Translations under genes and position numbers: made by a program | NCBI GenBank assembly: GCA_049903315.1 | Contig: JBNGBT010000004.1 | Span: 192,001 to 256,000 of the forward strand | Direction of reading: 5' to 3' | DNA length: 64,000 nt | Source of the DNA: Candidatus Cloacimonadota bacterium | GTDB lineage: Bacteria; Cloacimonadota; Cloacimonadia; JGIOTU-2 | The notes under the pieces: generated by a model | Told to the model about the DNA's origin: nothing | Database searches by the model: none | What the model saw: the letters and a program-made list of their open reading frames with translations, nothing else | Shown: positions 29,520-38,457 of the stretch, piece after piece | How positions within the stretch are numbered: the stretch's first letter is position 1 | How the letters are laid out: each line of letters starts with the position of its first letter

Positions 29520-29525
29520 TGTCAA
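29520..29525 (-). promoter_or_regulatory. TTGACA -35 element upstream of the recombinase
   Basis: Perfect TTGACA ~42 nt before the ATG; same motif precedes most transcription units in the window. Confidence 0.5.
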
Positions 29526-29542
29526 AGTAAATATTTTTTTCA

Positions 29543-30184
29543 TTAAAATCCCATATTCTCCTTAATTAAAAATATCTTTATCCTGTCCGGAATATTCTGG
29601 CGCATATTAATGGTCAGGTGTTTGCAGATACGCTCCTCAGCATCGCAGTCTGTGCAATAGCCGTTTTCAGCGCATGGAGTATTTCGTTTCAGCCGCTTTG
29701 CATTAATGGGAGCAGCCACATCGAGTACCCGGTCAATCGCCTGCTGCCTGTCCATCACGATCTTGTTCATGCCGGCAAAGAGGAATATTTTTCTTGGTCC
29801 AAAAATAATAGCTGAAACCCGGTTGCCATACCCGTCGATATTCACGATCTCACCTTCTGTGGTAATTGCATTGCATCCGGCAAGGAAGAAGTCGGACATG
29901 AGTGTTTTTCTGCGAAGTTCAAAAATTTCATCTCTGCTAAGGTTGGGGAGATAGGGATTAATAATATTGTAGTTATTGTCTTTGAGATGATCGAACAGTC
30001 CGATCTCCCGCACGGTCATGGAGCCGCCTATGCCGATGGATGATTTCTTATCGAGTTCCTTCAATGCTTTTTCACGGGCATCGTCACTATTTTCACAGAG
30101 TTCTACAAGGAAGTTATGTTTTTCCAGCGCTTCTTTTGCCTTTTTCATCATTGTTTCGTTGTGCCAGTTCACGAATTCAGACAT
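29543..30184 (-). CDS. LUD-domain (lactate utilisation-like, DUF1121-type) protein
   Basis: GIGGSMTV, NAITTEGEIVNIDGYGNRVSA, AAPINA, TPC...CTDC...IC motifs; GGAGG RBS before ATG 30184. Confidence 0.85.
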   Translation of the reverse strand: MSEFVNWHNETMMKKAKEALEKHNFLVELCENSDDAREKALKELDKKSSIGIGGSMTVREIGLFDHLKDNNYNIINPYLPNLSRDEIFELRRKTLMSDFFLAGCNAITTEGEIVNIDGYGNRVSAIIFGPRKIFLFAGMNKIVMDRQQAIDRVLDVAAPINAKRLKRNTPCAENGYCTDCDAEERICKHLTINMRQNIPDRIKIFLIKENMGF

Positions 30185-30243
30185 GGTACCTCCGTTTTTT
30201 GCAAAAATTGTTATATTCTGTTTTATGGGGTCAAGAGAAAAGA

Positions 30244-30682
30244 TTTCACGCAAAGAACGTCCGTCTTCACCACCTGCCGGTGGCTACGACGTGGCACGCA
30301 AAGAAACGCAGAGGTCGCAAAGAAAAAGATTGCGCAGAGAACGCAGAGAAAAATATAATCAGTGTGTTTTTAAGATGAAGAGTGGATGATACAGAGCGGA
30401 GGATGGAGGAGGGAGTATCGATTGCAGATTTCAGATTGAAGATTTATGATTTAAGACCTTCGCAACGGTTTTTAACCTTGCGAACGGTCAAAAGGGAGAA
30501 AAGAGGACGGAAGAGGGAGGAGGGGAGTGATTTGAAACTTGAAATTTGAGATTTGAGGTTTCAGAAACTATCATTTTTTAATTATTAAACATTGTCACTC
30601 TGAGCTTGCTTGCTGCGCTATAGCAAAGCGAAGGCGAGTCGAAGGGTTTTTGACACCCATGCTTCGAGAACCTCAGCATGAC
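30244..30682. repeat. Intergenic patchwork of REP-like palindromes and short tandem repeats
   Basis: cacgcaaag units, gattt 7-mer iterations, accttcgcaacggtt pair, gtcactctgagcttg...cctcagcatgac. Confidence 0.65.
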
Positions 30683-30816
30683 ATTAATTTGTTGAATCGA
30701 AAGCAAAAATGAGGACTTTAGGCTTTATATTAAATTCATTCCTAAATTATTTGACAGGATATTTAATCATTCACCTGTACTGTAATACAAATAATCAATG
30801 GTAATGAGGATAATTT

Positions 30817-32055
30817 ATGCCAGATATCAGACCCTTTAAAGGACTTCGGCCAGACCAAAAATATGCTGATAAAGTAGCAGCTCCACCTTACGATGTATTA
30901 AATTCCGAAGAAGCAAGAGAGCTCGCAAAAGATAATCCATACAGCTTCCTTCATGTGTCTAAACCTGAGATCGATCTGCCTGCTGATATTGATGTTCATG
31001 ATGAACAGGTGTATGAAAAAGGGGTAGAGAATTTCAAAAAAATGATCGCTGAAAACCTCCTTATTCAGGATGATGAGCCGTGTTTCTATATCTACCGCCA
31101 AATTATGGGAGATCATGAGCAGAGTGGTATTGTAGCAGCGGCTTCAGTCGAAGATTATGACAACGGCATCATAAAAATACATGAATACACACGCGAGGAT
31201 AAAGAGCAGGACAGAGCAAAACATGTGGATATGCTCAGCGCTAATACAGGTCCGGTTTTTCTCACGTATCATGCAAAAAAGAAAATAGACAAAATCGTGG
31301 AAGCGTGCCAAAAAGAGGAACCTCTGTATGATTTCACGAGCAGCGACGGCATTCGTCACACAGTGTGGAAAATCAGCGACCAAAATATCATACAAGAGAT
31401 CATCAAAGAATTTGCTGGGCTCGATTTTCTGTATGTGTCTGATGGACATCACCGCTCCGCAGCGGCATCTCGGGTACAGAAGATCAGAAAAGATAATAAT
31501 CCCGCTCATACAGGAGACGAAGAGTACAATTATTTCCTCACGGTTATCTTCCCTGACGATCAGATGTATATTATGGATTACAATCGAGTGGTCACAGACC
31601 TGAACGGACTTTCGGACGATGAATTTATTGAAAAAGTAACTGATAAGTTTTATCTTGATAAGCAAGCATCACAAAGTAAACCAGAGAAGAAACACTCGTT
31701 TGGAATGTACATCGATGGTAAGTGGTACAAAATCACGGCAAAGCCCGAAATTTTTGATGAGAATGATCCTGTCGATTCTCTCGACGTGAGTATCTTACAT
31801 AAAAATATTATGGAACCCATTCTTGGTATACTCAATCCAAGAAAGGATAAAAGAATAGATTTCGTGGGCGGCATTCGAGGACTTGGAGAGCTCGAAAAAC
31901 TTGTGGACAGCGGCAAATTCAAAGTTGCATTTGCACTTTTCCCGACCTCGATAGATGACCTTATGAATGTCGCAGACTCGAATAATGTCATGCCTCCGAA
32001 ATCAACATGGTTTGAACCAAAATTGCGAAGCGGTTTAATCACGCATTTAATTTGA
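30817..32055 (+). CDS. DUF1015 family protein
   Basis: APPYDV, IHEYT, DGHHRSAAA and MPPKSTWFEPKLRSGL motifs. Confidence 0.9.
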   Translation: MPDIRPFKGLRPDQKYADKVAAPPYDVLNSEEARELAKDNPYSFLHVSKPEIDLPADIDVHDEQVYEKGVENFKKMIAENLLIQDDEPCFYIYRQIMGDHEQSGIVAAASVEDYDNGIIKIHEYTREDKEQDRAKHVDMLSANTGPVFLTYHAKKKIDKIVEACQKEEPLYDFTSSDGIRHTVWKISDQNIIQEIIKEFAGLDFLYVSDGHHRSAAASRVQKIRKDNNPAHTGDEEYNYFLTVIFPDDQMYIMDYNRVVTDLNGLSDDEFIEKVTDKFYLDKQASQSKPEKKHSFGMYIDGKWYKITAKPEIFDENDPVDSLDVSILHKNIMEPILGILNPRKDKRIDFVGGIRGLGELEKLVDSGKFKVAFALFPTSIDDLMNVADSNNVMPPKSTWFEPKLRSGLITHLI

Positions 32056-32146
32056 AGATAATAAGAAAGCAGCACAGCCCGAAAGATTTTTGTAAAATTC
32101 GATTTTACAACGAGGGAGCTGTTTTCTTCTACTACAGCTATCAACC

Positions 32147-32184
32147 AAGTCATCCTGAGCTTGTCAAAGGGTGACTTTTTTTTT
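32147..32184 (+). terminator. Terminator-like hairpin (REP-derived) immediately before pyrB
   Basis: AAGTCATCC-13 nt-GGGTGACTT followed by a T-run. Confidence 0.7.
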
Positions 32185-32206
32185 ATCAACAAAAGAGGAG
32201 AAGTGT

Positions 32207-33160
32207 ATGAAGCATACGCTCAATCTCACAGGCAGGAATCTATTTGATCTTGATAATTACTCTGTTGAGGAGATCGAGACCATCTTTGAAACTGCCAAGG
32301 TGATGAAGGAAATTAATAGCAGGGAGTATAAAAAAATACCAACCCTGCGCGGAAAAACCGTTGCCACACTCTTTTTTGAGGACAGCACACGAACCAGAAT
32401 ATCTTTTGAACTGGCTGCAAAACGCCTGAGCGCGGATGTGGTGAGCTTCACAACTGCTGGTTCCGCCATGAAAAAGGGTGAAAGCATCCAGGATACAGTG
32501 TACACACTCAATGCAATGGGCATCGACCTTTATGTGGTCCGGCATAGTTGCCCTGGCGTACCACAACTCGTGAATAAATACTCAAAAAAACCGGTTCTCA
32601 ATGCTGGGGACGGAAGACATGCACATCCCACCCAAGCGCTTCTGGATATGTTCAGCATCTGGGAGAAGAGAGGTTCTCTCAAAGGTTTGAGGATCGCGAT
32701 AATCGGTGACATACTGCATTCACGTGTGGTGCGTTCAAACCTGATCGGCATGAAAAAAATGGGTGCAAATGTCGTGGTATGCGGACCTCGTACTTTGATG
32801 CCGCCGAAGATTGAAGAAGTATACGGCATTCAGTGCGAATATGATCTGAAAACAGCGATCAAAGATGCTGATGTGGTCATGGGATTGCGCATGCAGTTAG
32901 AACGTCAGACAGAAGGACTCTTCCCCGGACTCGGTGAATACACAGGCAGGTATGGTTTGAGTAACAAGATACTGGAATACGCAAAGGACGATGTGCTGGT
33001 CATGCACCCCGGACCTATGAACAGGGGAGTCGAAATCCTTCCCGAAGTGGCGGATAGTGAGCATAGTATTATTATTGAGCAGGTTACAAACGGAGTGGCT
33101 GTACGCATGGCGCTCCTGTTCCTGATACTTGGCGGGAAACCGGGAAGGGAGGTCGCATGA
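32207..33160 (+). CDS. pyrB: Aspartate carbamoyltransferase catalytic subunit
   Basis: FFEDSTRTRISF, NAGDGRHAHPTQ, LRMQLER and MHPGPMNRG motifs. Confidence 0.96.
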   Translation: MKHTLNLTGRNLFDLDNYSVEEIETIFETAKVMKEINSREYKKIPTLRGKTVATLFFEDSTRTRISFELAAKRLSADVVSFTTAGSAMKKGESIQDTVYTLNAMGIDLYVVRHSCPGVPQLVNKYSKKPVLNAGDGRHAHPTQALLDMFSIWEKRGSLKGLRIAIIGDILHSRVVRSNLIGMKKMGANVVVCGPRTLMPPKIEEVYGIQCEYDLKTAIKDADVVMGLRMQLERQTEGLFPGLGEYTGRYGLSNKILEYAKDDVLVMHPGPMNRGVEILPEVADSEHSIIIEQVTNGVAVRMALLFLILGGKPGREVA

Positions 33161-34428
33161 TACTCTTAAAGAACGGAATGGTTTATCTCTCAGATGAGAA
33201 AAAAATCAAAAAAGCAGATATATTGATCGACAAAAAAGTCATAAAAAAGATAGCGCCCTCAATTGAGGAGAAAAATGCTGAAGTGATCGACTGCTCGGGA
33301 ATGCATATTTTCCCCGGATTTGTCGATATGCACTGCCACCTGAGAGAACCTGGTTATACGTATAAAGAAGATATCGCAAGCGGAGCAGTGTCCGCAGCAA
33401 AAGGCGGATTTACGAGCATCTGCTGCATGCCGAATACAAAACCGGCAATAGACAATCTTTCTACACTCGACTATATAATGAGAAAAGCCCGTGATGTGGG
33501 CAAAACCAAGATATTCGTGATCGGTGCAATGTCAAAAGGAATCGAGGGCAAAGAGATCGCAAATATTGCCTCCCTGATAAAAGGAGGAGTCGTTGGTTTA
33601 AGTGATGACGGCAACTGCATACAGGTTGCAAAACTGCAACTTAATGTGATGAGATATGCTTCCATTTATGATATTCCAATGATCTGTCACTCGGAAGATT
33701 ATTCTCTTTCCGGAGACGGACAGGTGAACTACGGACCGATGTCCACAAAACTTGGATTACCCGGTATTCCTACCCTCGCAGAAGAAATCATGGTGAGCAG
33801 GGATATAATGCTGGCAGATGTGACCGGTTCACGTGTTCATATTGCCCACGCTTCTACAAAGAGGACGGTCGAGCTTATTCGTCAGGCAAAGAAGGACGGC
33901 ATTAAGGTGACTGCGGAAGTAACTCCTCATCATCTTGTGCTCAACGAAGATGCTTGTGACGGATTCGATACGAATACTAAGATGAAGCCACCCCTGCGAT
34001 CGGAAGAAGATAGAAAAGCACTCATAGAAGGACTGTTGGATGGTACGATCGATGTGATCGCCACAGATCATGCGCCGCATTCAGACTACGAGAAAGAACT
34101 GGAATTCATGAAAGCACCCTTTGGTGTGATTGGGTTCGAAAGCGCATTCCCCGTGCTTTATACAACATTTGTGAAGAACAAACAAATGAAACTTGAAGAG
34201 CTTGTTGAAAAAATGACGTCCATGCCTGCAGAAATCATAAAAAAGGAAGTGGGAGTGCTTAAAATAGGGACTCCTGCTGATCTTAATATATTTAATCTTG
34301 ATGAATCCTTTACCTTTGATGAAAATGAAATTCTATCGAAATCAAAGAACAGCCCATTCCTTGGCATGAATATGTCGGGCAAAATATACTATACGATCTG
34401 TGACGGAAAATTTACCTGGGAAAAATAA
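33157..34428 (+). CDS. pyrC: Dihydroorotase
   Basis: DMHCHLREPG, MPNTKP, EVTPHH and ATDHAPH motifs. Confidence 0.95.
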   Translation: MILLKNGMVYLSDEKKIKKADILIDKKVIKKIAPSIEEKNAEVIDCSGMHIFPGFVDMHCHLREPGYTYKEDIASGAVSAAKGGFTSICCMPNTKPAIDNLSTLDYIMRKARDVGKTKIFVIGAMSKGIEGKEIANIASLIKGGVVGLSDDGNCIQVAKLQLNVMRYASIYDIPMICHSEDYSLSGDGQVNYGPMSTKLGLPGIPTLAEEIMVSRDIMLADVTGSRVHIAHASTKRTVELIRQAKKDGIKVTAEVTPHHLVLNEDACDGFDTNTKMKPPLRSEEDRKALIEGLLDGTIDVIATDHAPHSDYEKELEFMKAPFGVIGFESAFPVLYTTFVKNKQMKLEELVEKMTSMPAEIIKKEVGVLKIGTPADLNIFNLDESFTFDENEILSKSKNSPFLGMNMSGKIYYTICDGKFTWEK

Positions 34429-35183
34429 TGTATTTTAAGAAACTGCCTGTTTTGAAGATCGAGGAACTCAATAAAGATTATTTTGTGCTTGGAGTCCGAG
34501 ATAAAGAACTCACACAAAAAATCAAACCGGGACAGTTTTTTCAGGTGAAAGATCCTGATGCAAAAATACCATTACTACCACGTCCGTTCAGTGTGTACAA
34601 AGTCAGAAATGATGAACTGGAATTTCTTATAAAAATAGTCGGCGAAGCCACGAGAAAATTATCGGAGTTGAAAGAAGGAAACATCGTTCAGGTTCTCGGT
34701 CCTCTTGGAAATGGTTTCCCATCTTTTGAAAATAAAAGAGTACTTCTTGCAAGCGGAGGAATAGGATTTGCGCCCATGCTGTATCTCGAGCAAAAGCTGA
34801 AAGAAGCGGGTAATGAAGTCCATTTCTATCATGGCGGCAGAAATAAAAAAGATATTTTCTGTGATGATGTGATAAATTGTACAGATGATGGCTCATGCGG
34901 GCATTTCGGTTTGATCACCACGCATATTAAAAAATATCTCGATTCGACTGAGATCGATGTCGTGTATGGCTGCGGACCAGAACCGATGTTGGAAGCGGTA
35001 GTAGAGATGTGCGTAGAGAAAAATATTTCTATATATGTTTCTCTGGAAAGAGTCATGGCGTGCGGAGTCGGGGCGTGCTGCGGGTGTGTCGTTAAAATAA
35101 GAGAAAATAGCAAGGTCGTGTATAAAAAGGTGTGCAAAGACGGACCTGTTTTTGATGGCAAAAAGGTGGTATGGGATGAATAG
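34428..35183 (+). CDS. pyrK: Dihydroorotate dehydrogenase electron-transfer subunit
   Basis: RPFS, GPLGNGF, GGIGFAP, CGPEPM and MACGVGACCGC...CKDGPVF motifs. Confidence 0.94.
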   Translation: MYFKKLPVLKIEELNKDYFVLGVRDKELTQKIKPGQFFQVKDPDAKIPLLPRPFSVYKVRNDELEFLIKIVGEATRKLSELKEGNIVQVLGPLGNGFPSFENKRVLLASGGIGFAPMLYLEQKLKEAGNEVHFYHGGRNKKDIFCDDVINCTDDGSCGHFGLITTHIKKYLDSTEIDVVYGCGPEPMLEAVVEMCVEKNISIYVSLERVMACGVGACCGCVVKIRENSKVVYKKVCKDGPVFDGKKVVWDE

Positions 35184-36078
35184 GTGTGAAATCATTTTCG
35201 GAAAAATGAAATGGCAAAATCCCGTTACCGTTGCCTCAGGCACTTTCGGACTGGAATATGCAGAACTCTTCGATCTGTCAAAGCTGGGTGCTTTGACCAC
35301 GAAAACTATTACCCCTGAACCAAAAACCGGCAACAAACCTCAAAGAATAGTTGAGACTGAAGCGGGATTATTAAATTCTATCGGTTTGCAGAATCCGGGT
35401 GTGGATGAATTCATAACAAATGATCTGCCTGAATACCGAAAAATCAAAACGAATCTTATCGTGAGTGTGTCCGCATCTTCAATTGAGGAATTTGTAAAAT
35501 TGGTGAAGAAGCTGGATTTTGAATCAGGCATCGATGCATACGAGATAAACGTGTCCTGCCCGAATGTTGAGAACGAAGGCATTACATTCGGTACTGACCC
35601 GGAAATTGTTTTTGATCTCACAAAGAAGTTGAGAGAAGCAACAGAGCGAACACTTATTATCAAACTTTCACCGAATGTAACTTCGATCACGGATATTGCC
35701 AAGCAGGTGGTAAATGCAGGTGCAGATGGACTTGCGCTTATAAATACCCTATATGGCATGGCAGTCGATGTGAACACTAGAAAGCCGAAACTGCATAATA
35801 TTATTGGCGGTTATTCGGGACCTGCCATCAAGCCGGTTGCATTGCAAAATGTATATAAAGTGGCACAAGCTGTAAATGTCCCAATCCTTGCAATGGGCGG
35901 AATTTCTTCTGTGAATGATGCACTGGAATTTATCATTGCCGGTGCTAGAGCAGTAGCAATAGGCACAAATAATTTTGTGAATCCTTTTGGAACAATAGAG
36001 ATCATTCAAGGAATTCAGGAATATTGCATAAATAATAATATCCATTACAAAAACTTAATTGGTTCTATACAAACATAA
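35176..36078 (+). CDS. pyrD: Dihydroorotate dehydrogenase class 1B catalytic subunit
   Basis: ASGTFG, NSIGLQNPG, INVSCPN, KLSPNVT and GGYSGPAIKP motifs. Confidence 0.95.
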   Translation: MNRCEIIFGKMKWQNPVTVASGTFGLEYAELFDLSKLGALTTKTITPEPKTGNKPQRIVETEAGLLNSIGLQNPGVDEFITNDLPEYRKIKTNLIVSVSASSIEEFVKLVKKLDFESGIDAYEINVSCPNVENEGITFGTDPEIVFDLTKKLREATERTLIIKLSPNVTSITDIAKQVVNAGADGLALINTLYGMAVDVNTRKPKLHNIIGGYSGPAIKPVALQNVYKVAQAVNVPILAMGGISSVNDALEFIIAGARAVAIGTNNFVNPFGTIEIIQGIQEYCINNNIHYKNLIGSIQT

Positions 36079-36088
36079 GGAAAAAAAT

Positions 36089-36625
36089 ATGAGTAATACA
36101 AAGAAAATATTAGATGAAAAAGAGATGGAGCGGATTCTCAAACGCCTGGCAAACGAAATCATAGAAAAGAATAAGGGCTGTGAGAATCTCTATATTGTCG
36201 GCATTCACACGCGCGGAGTTCCTCTTGCCAAAAGGATAGCGGACTATATTGAAAAATTTGAAAATGAGTCAATCAGAGTCGGCGCTCTGGATATCACACT
36301 CTATCGGGATGACCTTGCGTACATAGAGCATCAGCCGGTTATTCAGGATTCAATTCTCAATTTTGATATCGAAGGAAAGCATATTCTGCTAGTTGATGAT
36401 GTGCTCAATACCGGCAGAACAGCCCGGGCAGCGCTCAATGCAATTCTGGATTACGGTAGACCGGCATCGATACAGTTTTTGGTTATTGTTGATAGGGGAA
36501 ATAGAGAGTTGCCGATCCAGGCAGATTTTGTGGGCAAAAACCTGCCGACCGCGAAATCGGAATCAGTGCAGGTTCACTTACAAGAAATAGATGGCGAAGA
36601 TGAGGTCTTGATCATCAAAGAATAA
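36089..36625 (+). CDS. pyrR: PyrR bifunctional regulator / UPRTase
   Basis: LDITLYRDDL, LVDDVLNTGRT and DRGNRELPIQADFVGK motifs. Confidence 0.93.
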   Translation: MSNTKKILDEKEMERILKRLANEIIEKNKGCENLYIVGIHTRGVPLAKRIADYIEKFENESIRVGALDITLYRDDLAYIEHQPVIQDSILNFDIEGKHILLVDDVLNTGRTARAALNAILDYGRPASIQFLVIVDRGNRELPIQADFVGKNLPTAKSESVQVHLQEIDGEDEVLIIKE

Positions 36626-36637
36626 AAGGAATATCCT

Positions 36638-37444
36638 ATGAAATCCAAAGAAAAATACTATCAGATTGCTGAGAAAAATAACTCACTTGTATGTGTGGGA
36701 CTGGATTCCGATATAGAGAAAATTCCAATACATCTTAGAAAAGAATACGAGTTACCCCAGTTTGAGTTCAACAAACGCATCATAGATTCTACAAAAGATC
36801 TTGTTGCAGCATATAAACCGAATTTTGCATTTTATGTCTCACAGGGAATAAAAGGCATCGAGTCCTTGCAGAAAACCATATCCTATATTCCTGATGACAT
36901 TCCGGTGATCCTCGATGTGAAAGTAGGGGATATCGGCAATACGATGAAGCATTATGCAAAGGCATATTTCGATGTTTTCAACGTTGATGCACTGACAGTA
37001 AATCCTTTGATGGGTTATGATGTCATTGATCCGTTTGAGAAATATAAAGATAAATACCTCTTTGTTCTCGCACTCACTTCCAACCCATCCAATACTGATT
37101 TTCTAAACTCTGAATACATGCTTTATGAAGGAATTTGTGAGAAGATCAATGAGTGGGATCAGGACATGCTTGGTGCAGTTGTCGGTGCAACAAATGATGA
37201 AGAAATGAGTGCGATCAGGGGCATGCTTCCTGATTCAATATTTCTTATTCCCGGCATCGGTGCGCAGGGTGGTAATCTTGAAAAAGTGATGAAATATACT
37301 ACCGGAAAAGAACACCCAAATATACTCATCAATTCCTCGAGAGGTATTATTTTTTCTTACTCCAAAGAAAATGAAAATGATTTTAATGCGTCAGCCCGTG
37401 AAGCCTGCAAAGAGTTACAGGAGAGGATCAATAATTTACTATAA
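36638..37444 (+). CDS. pyrF: Orotidine-5'-phosphate decarboxylase
   Basis: CVGLD, YKPN, LDVKVGDIGNT, GAVVGAT, PGIGAQGG and NSSRGI motifs. Confidence 0.94.
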   Translation: MKSKEKYYQIAEKNNSLVCVGLDSDIEKIPIHLRKEYELPQFEFNKRIIDSTKDLVAAYKPNFAFYVSQGIKGIESLQKTISYIPDDIPVILDVKVGDIGNTMKHYAKAYFDVFNVDALTVNPLMGYDVIDPFEKYKDKYLFVLALTSNPSNTDFLNSEYMLYEGICEKINEWDQDMLGAVVGATNDEEMSAIRGMLPDSIFLIPGIGAQGGNLEKVMKYTTGKEHPNILINSSRGIIFSYSKENENDFNASAREACKELQERINNLL

Positions 37445-37456
37445 TGCTCAATAAAC

Positions 37457-38215
37457 TTAATTGATACTTTCTAATAGCATCTCCAGTCTCTTGAATCGTA
37501 ACATTCGTCGATCCCGAGTAATAATGTCTTTCCATAATATATAATGCTTTTCTGACAATCCAATTGAATAAACTATACAAGATCCAAAATAACAATAATT
37601 ATACGTTGCGAAATATATAAGCAAATCTTCAATTTGATAGTAATCATTATAATATTTTTTTGCTATATTATATTGACTTCTTGGTCCTTTAAAAGTCCAG
37701 CTATTCATCTCTTCTGTGTCATTGTGATACATAACATCACAAAGACAAAAGTATAGATCCGGTTCCTCTGGTATAGTCCAGGTAAATGTATAATCTTCAT
37801 TCATATCGAAAGTGTCAGGCCATGTTGTTTCTGGTTGATAGGTCAAATTCATCCCACCAGAATATGTTTTTTCATTAACTTTAAGAGTATATGAAATGCT
37901 GTCGCCTGGATTAAGTGGGGTAAAGGTGCTGTCAAAGGTGGGACTATACGTCCACAAAAAAAACCAACCGCTTATCTCGAGTGGAGCTGTACAACCGTTG
38001 ATCGTTATCTCACCCGAAGTAAGACTATCATGAGTTACAACTGTAATTTCTACGTCTTTGCTGTTGGAAACATCGATCTCCATAATCTACGGAATAGAAA
38101 GCCACTCAAGAGGATTATCAGGGAAATCTCCCGGTTCTGTTGTGTTCTTTGAGCAACTGAACACCAGTGCTAAAGCCAGCATGATGCAGATTAAAAATAT
38201 TATTTTATCTTTCAT
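37457..38215 (-). pseudogene. Lipoprotein gene interrupted by an in-frame TAG (38087-38089)
   Basis: GGAGG RBS, ATG 38215, MKDKIIFLICIMLALALVFSC lipobox; same frame as the 208-aa ORF 37457-38083. Confidence 0.75.
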
Positions 38216-38457
38216 GCTATCCTCCTTGAACGTATTAACCATTTATCGTAAGAGTTTTGTCAAATATTTCTCTATGTATTTAGATTTTTTTTAATATGAA
38301 TGCTTCTACAGTATCTTGGGGAAAAAGAAAATTTAAATATTGCTACTTATGATAATAAAAGATAAAATTCACACAAATTCTTGACACAACCGATTATTAC
38401 TACAATCAAAACCATTAAATAATGTGATCATTGAAAATATTAGAGGAGTATTAACTA

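Noticed and set aside
30018..30389. Three overlapping + strand ORFs
   Set aside because: They are antisense to the LUD gene and run into repeat DNA; no protein-like motifs.
38087..38089. Genome-wide TAG reassignment
   Set aside because: TAG is the natural stop of several genes here (e.g. ending at 13089, 46500, 54950, 57119).
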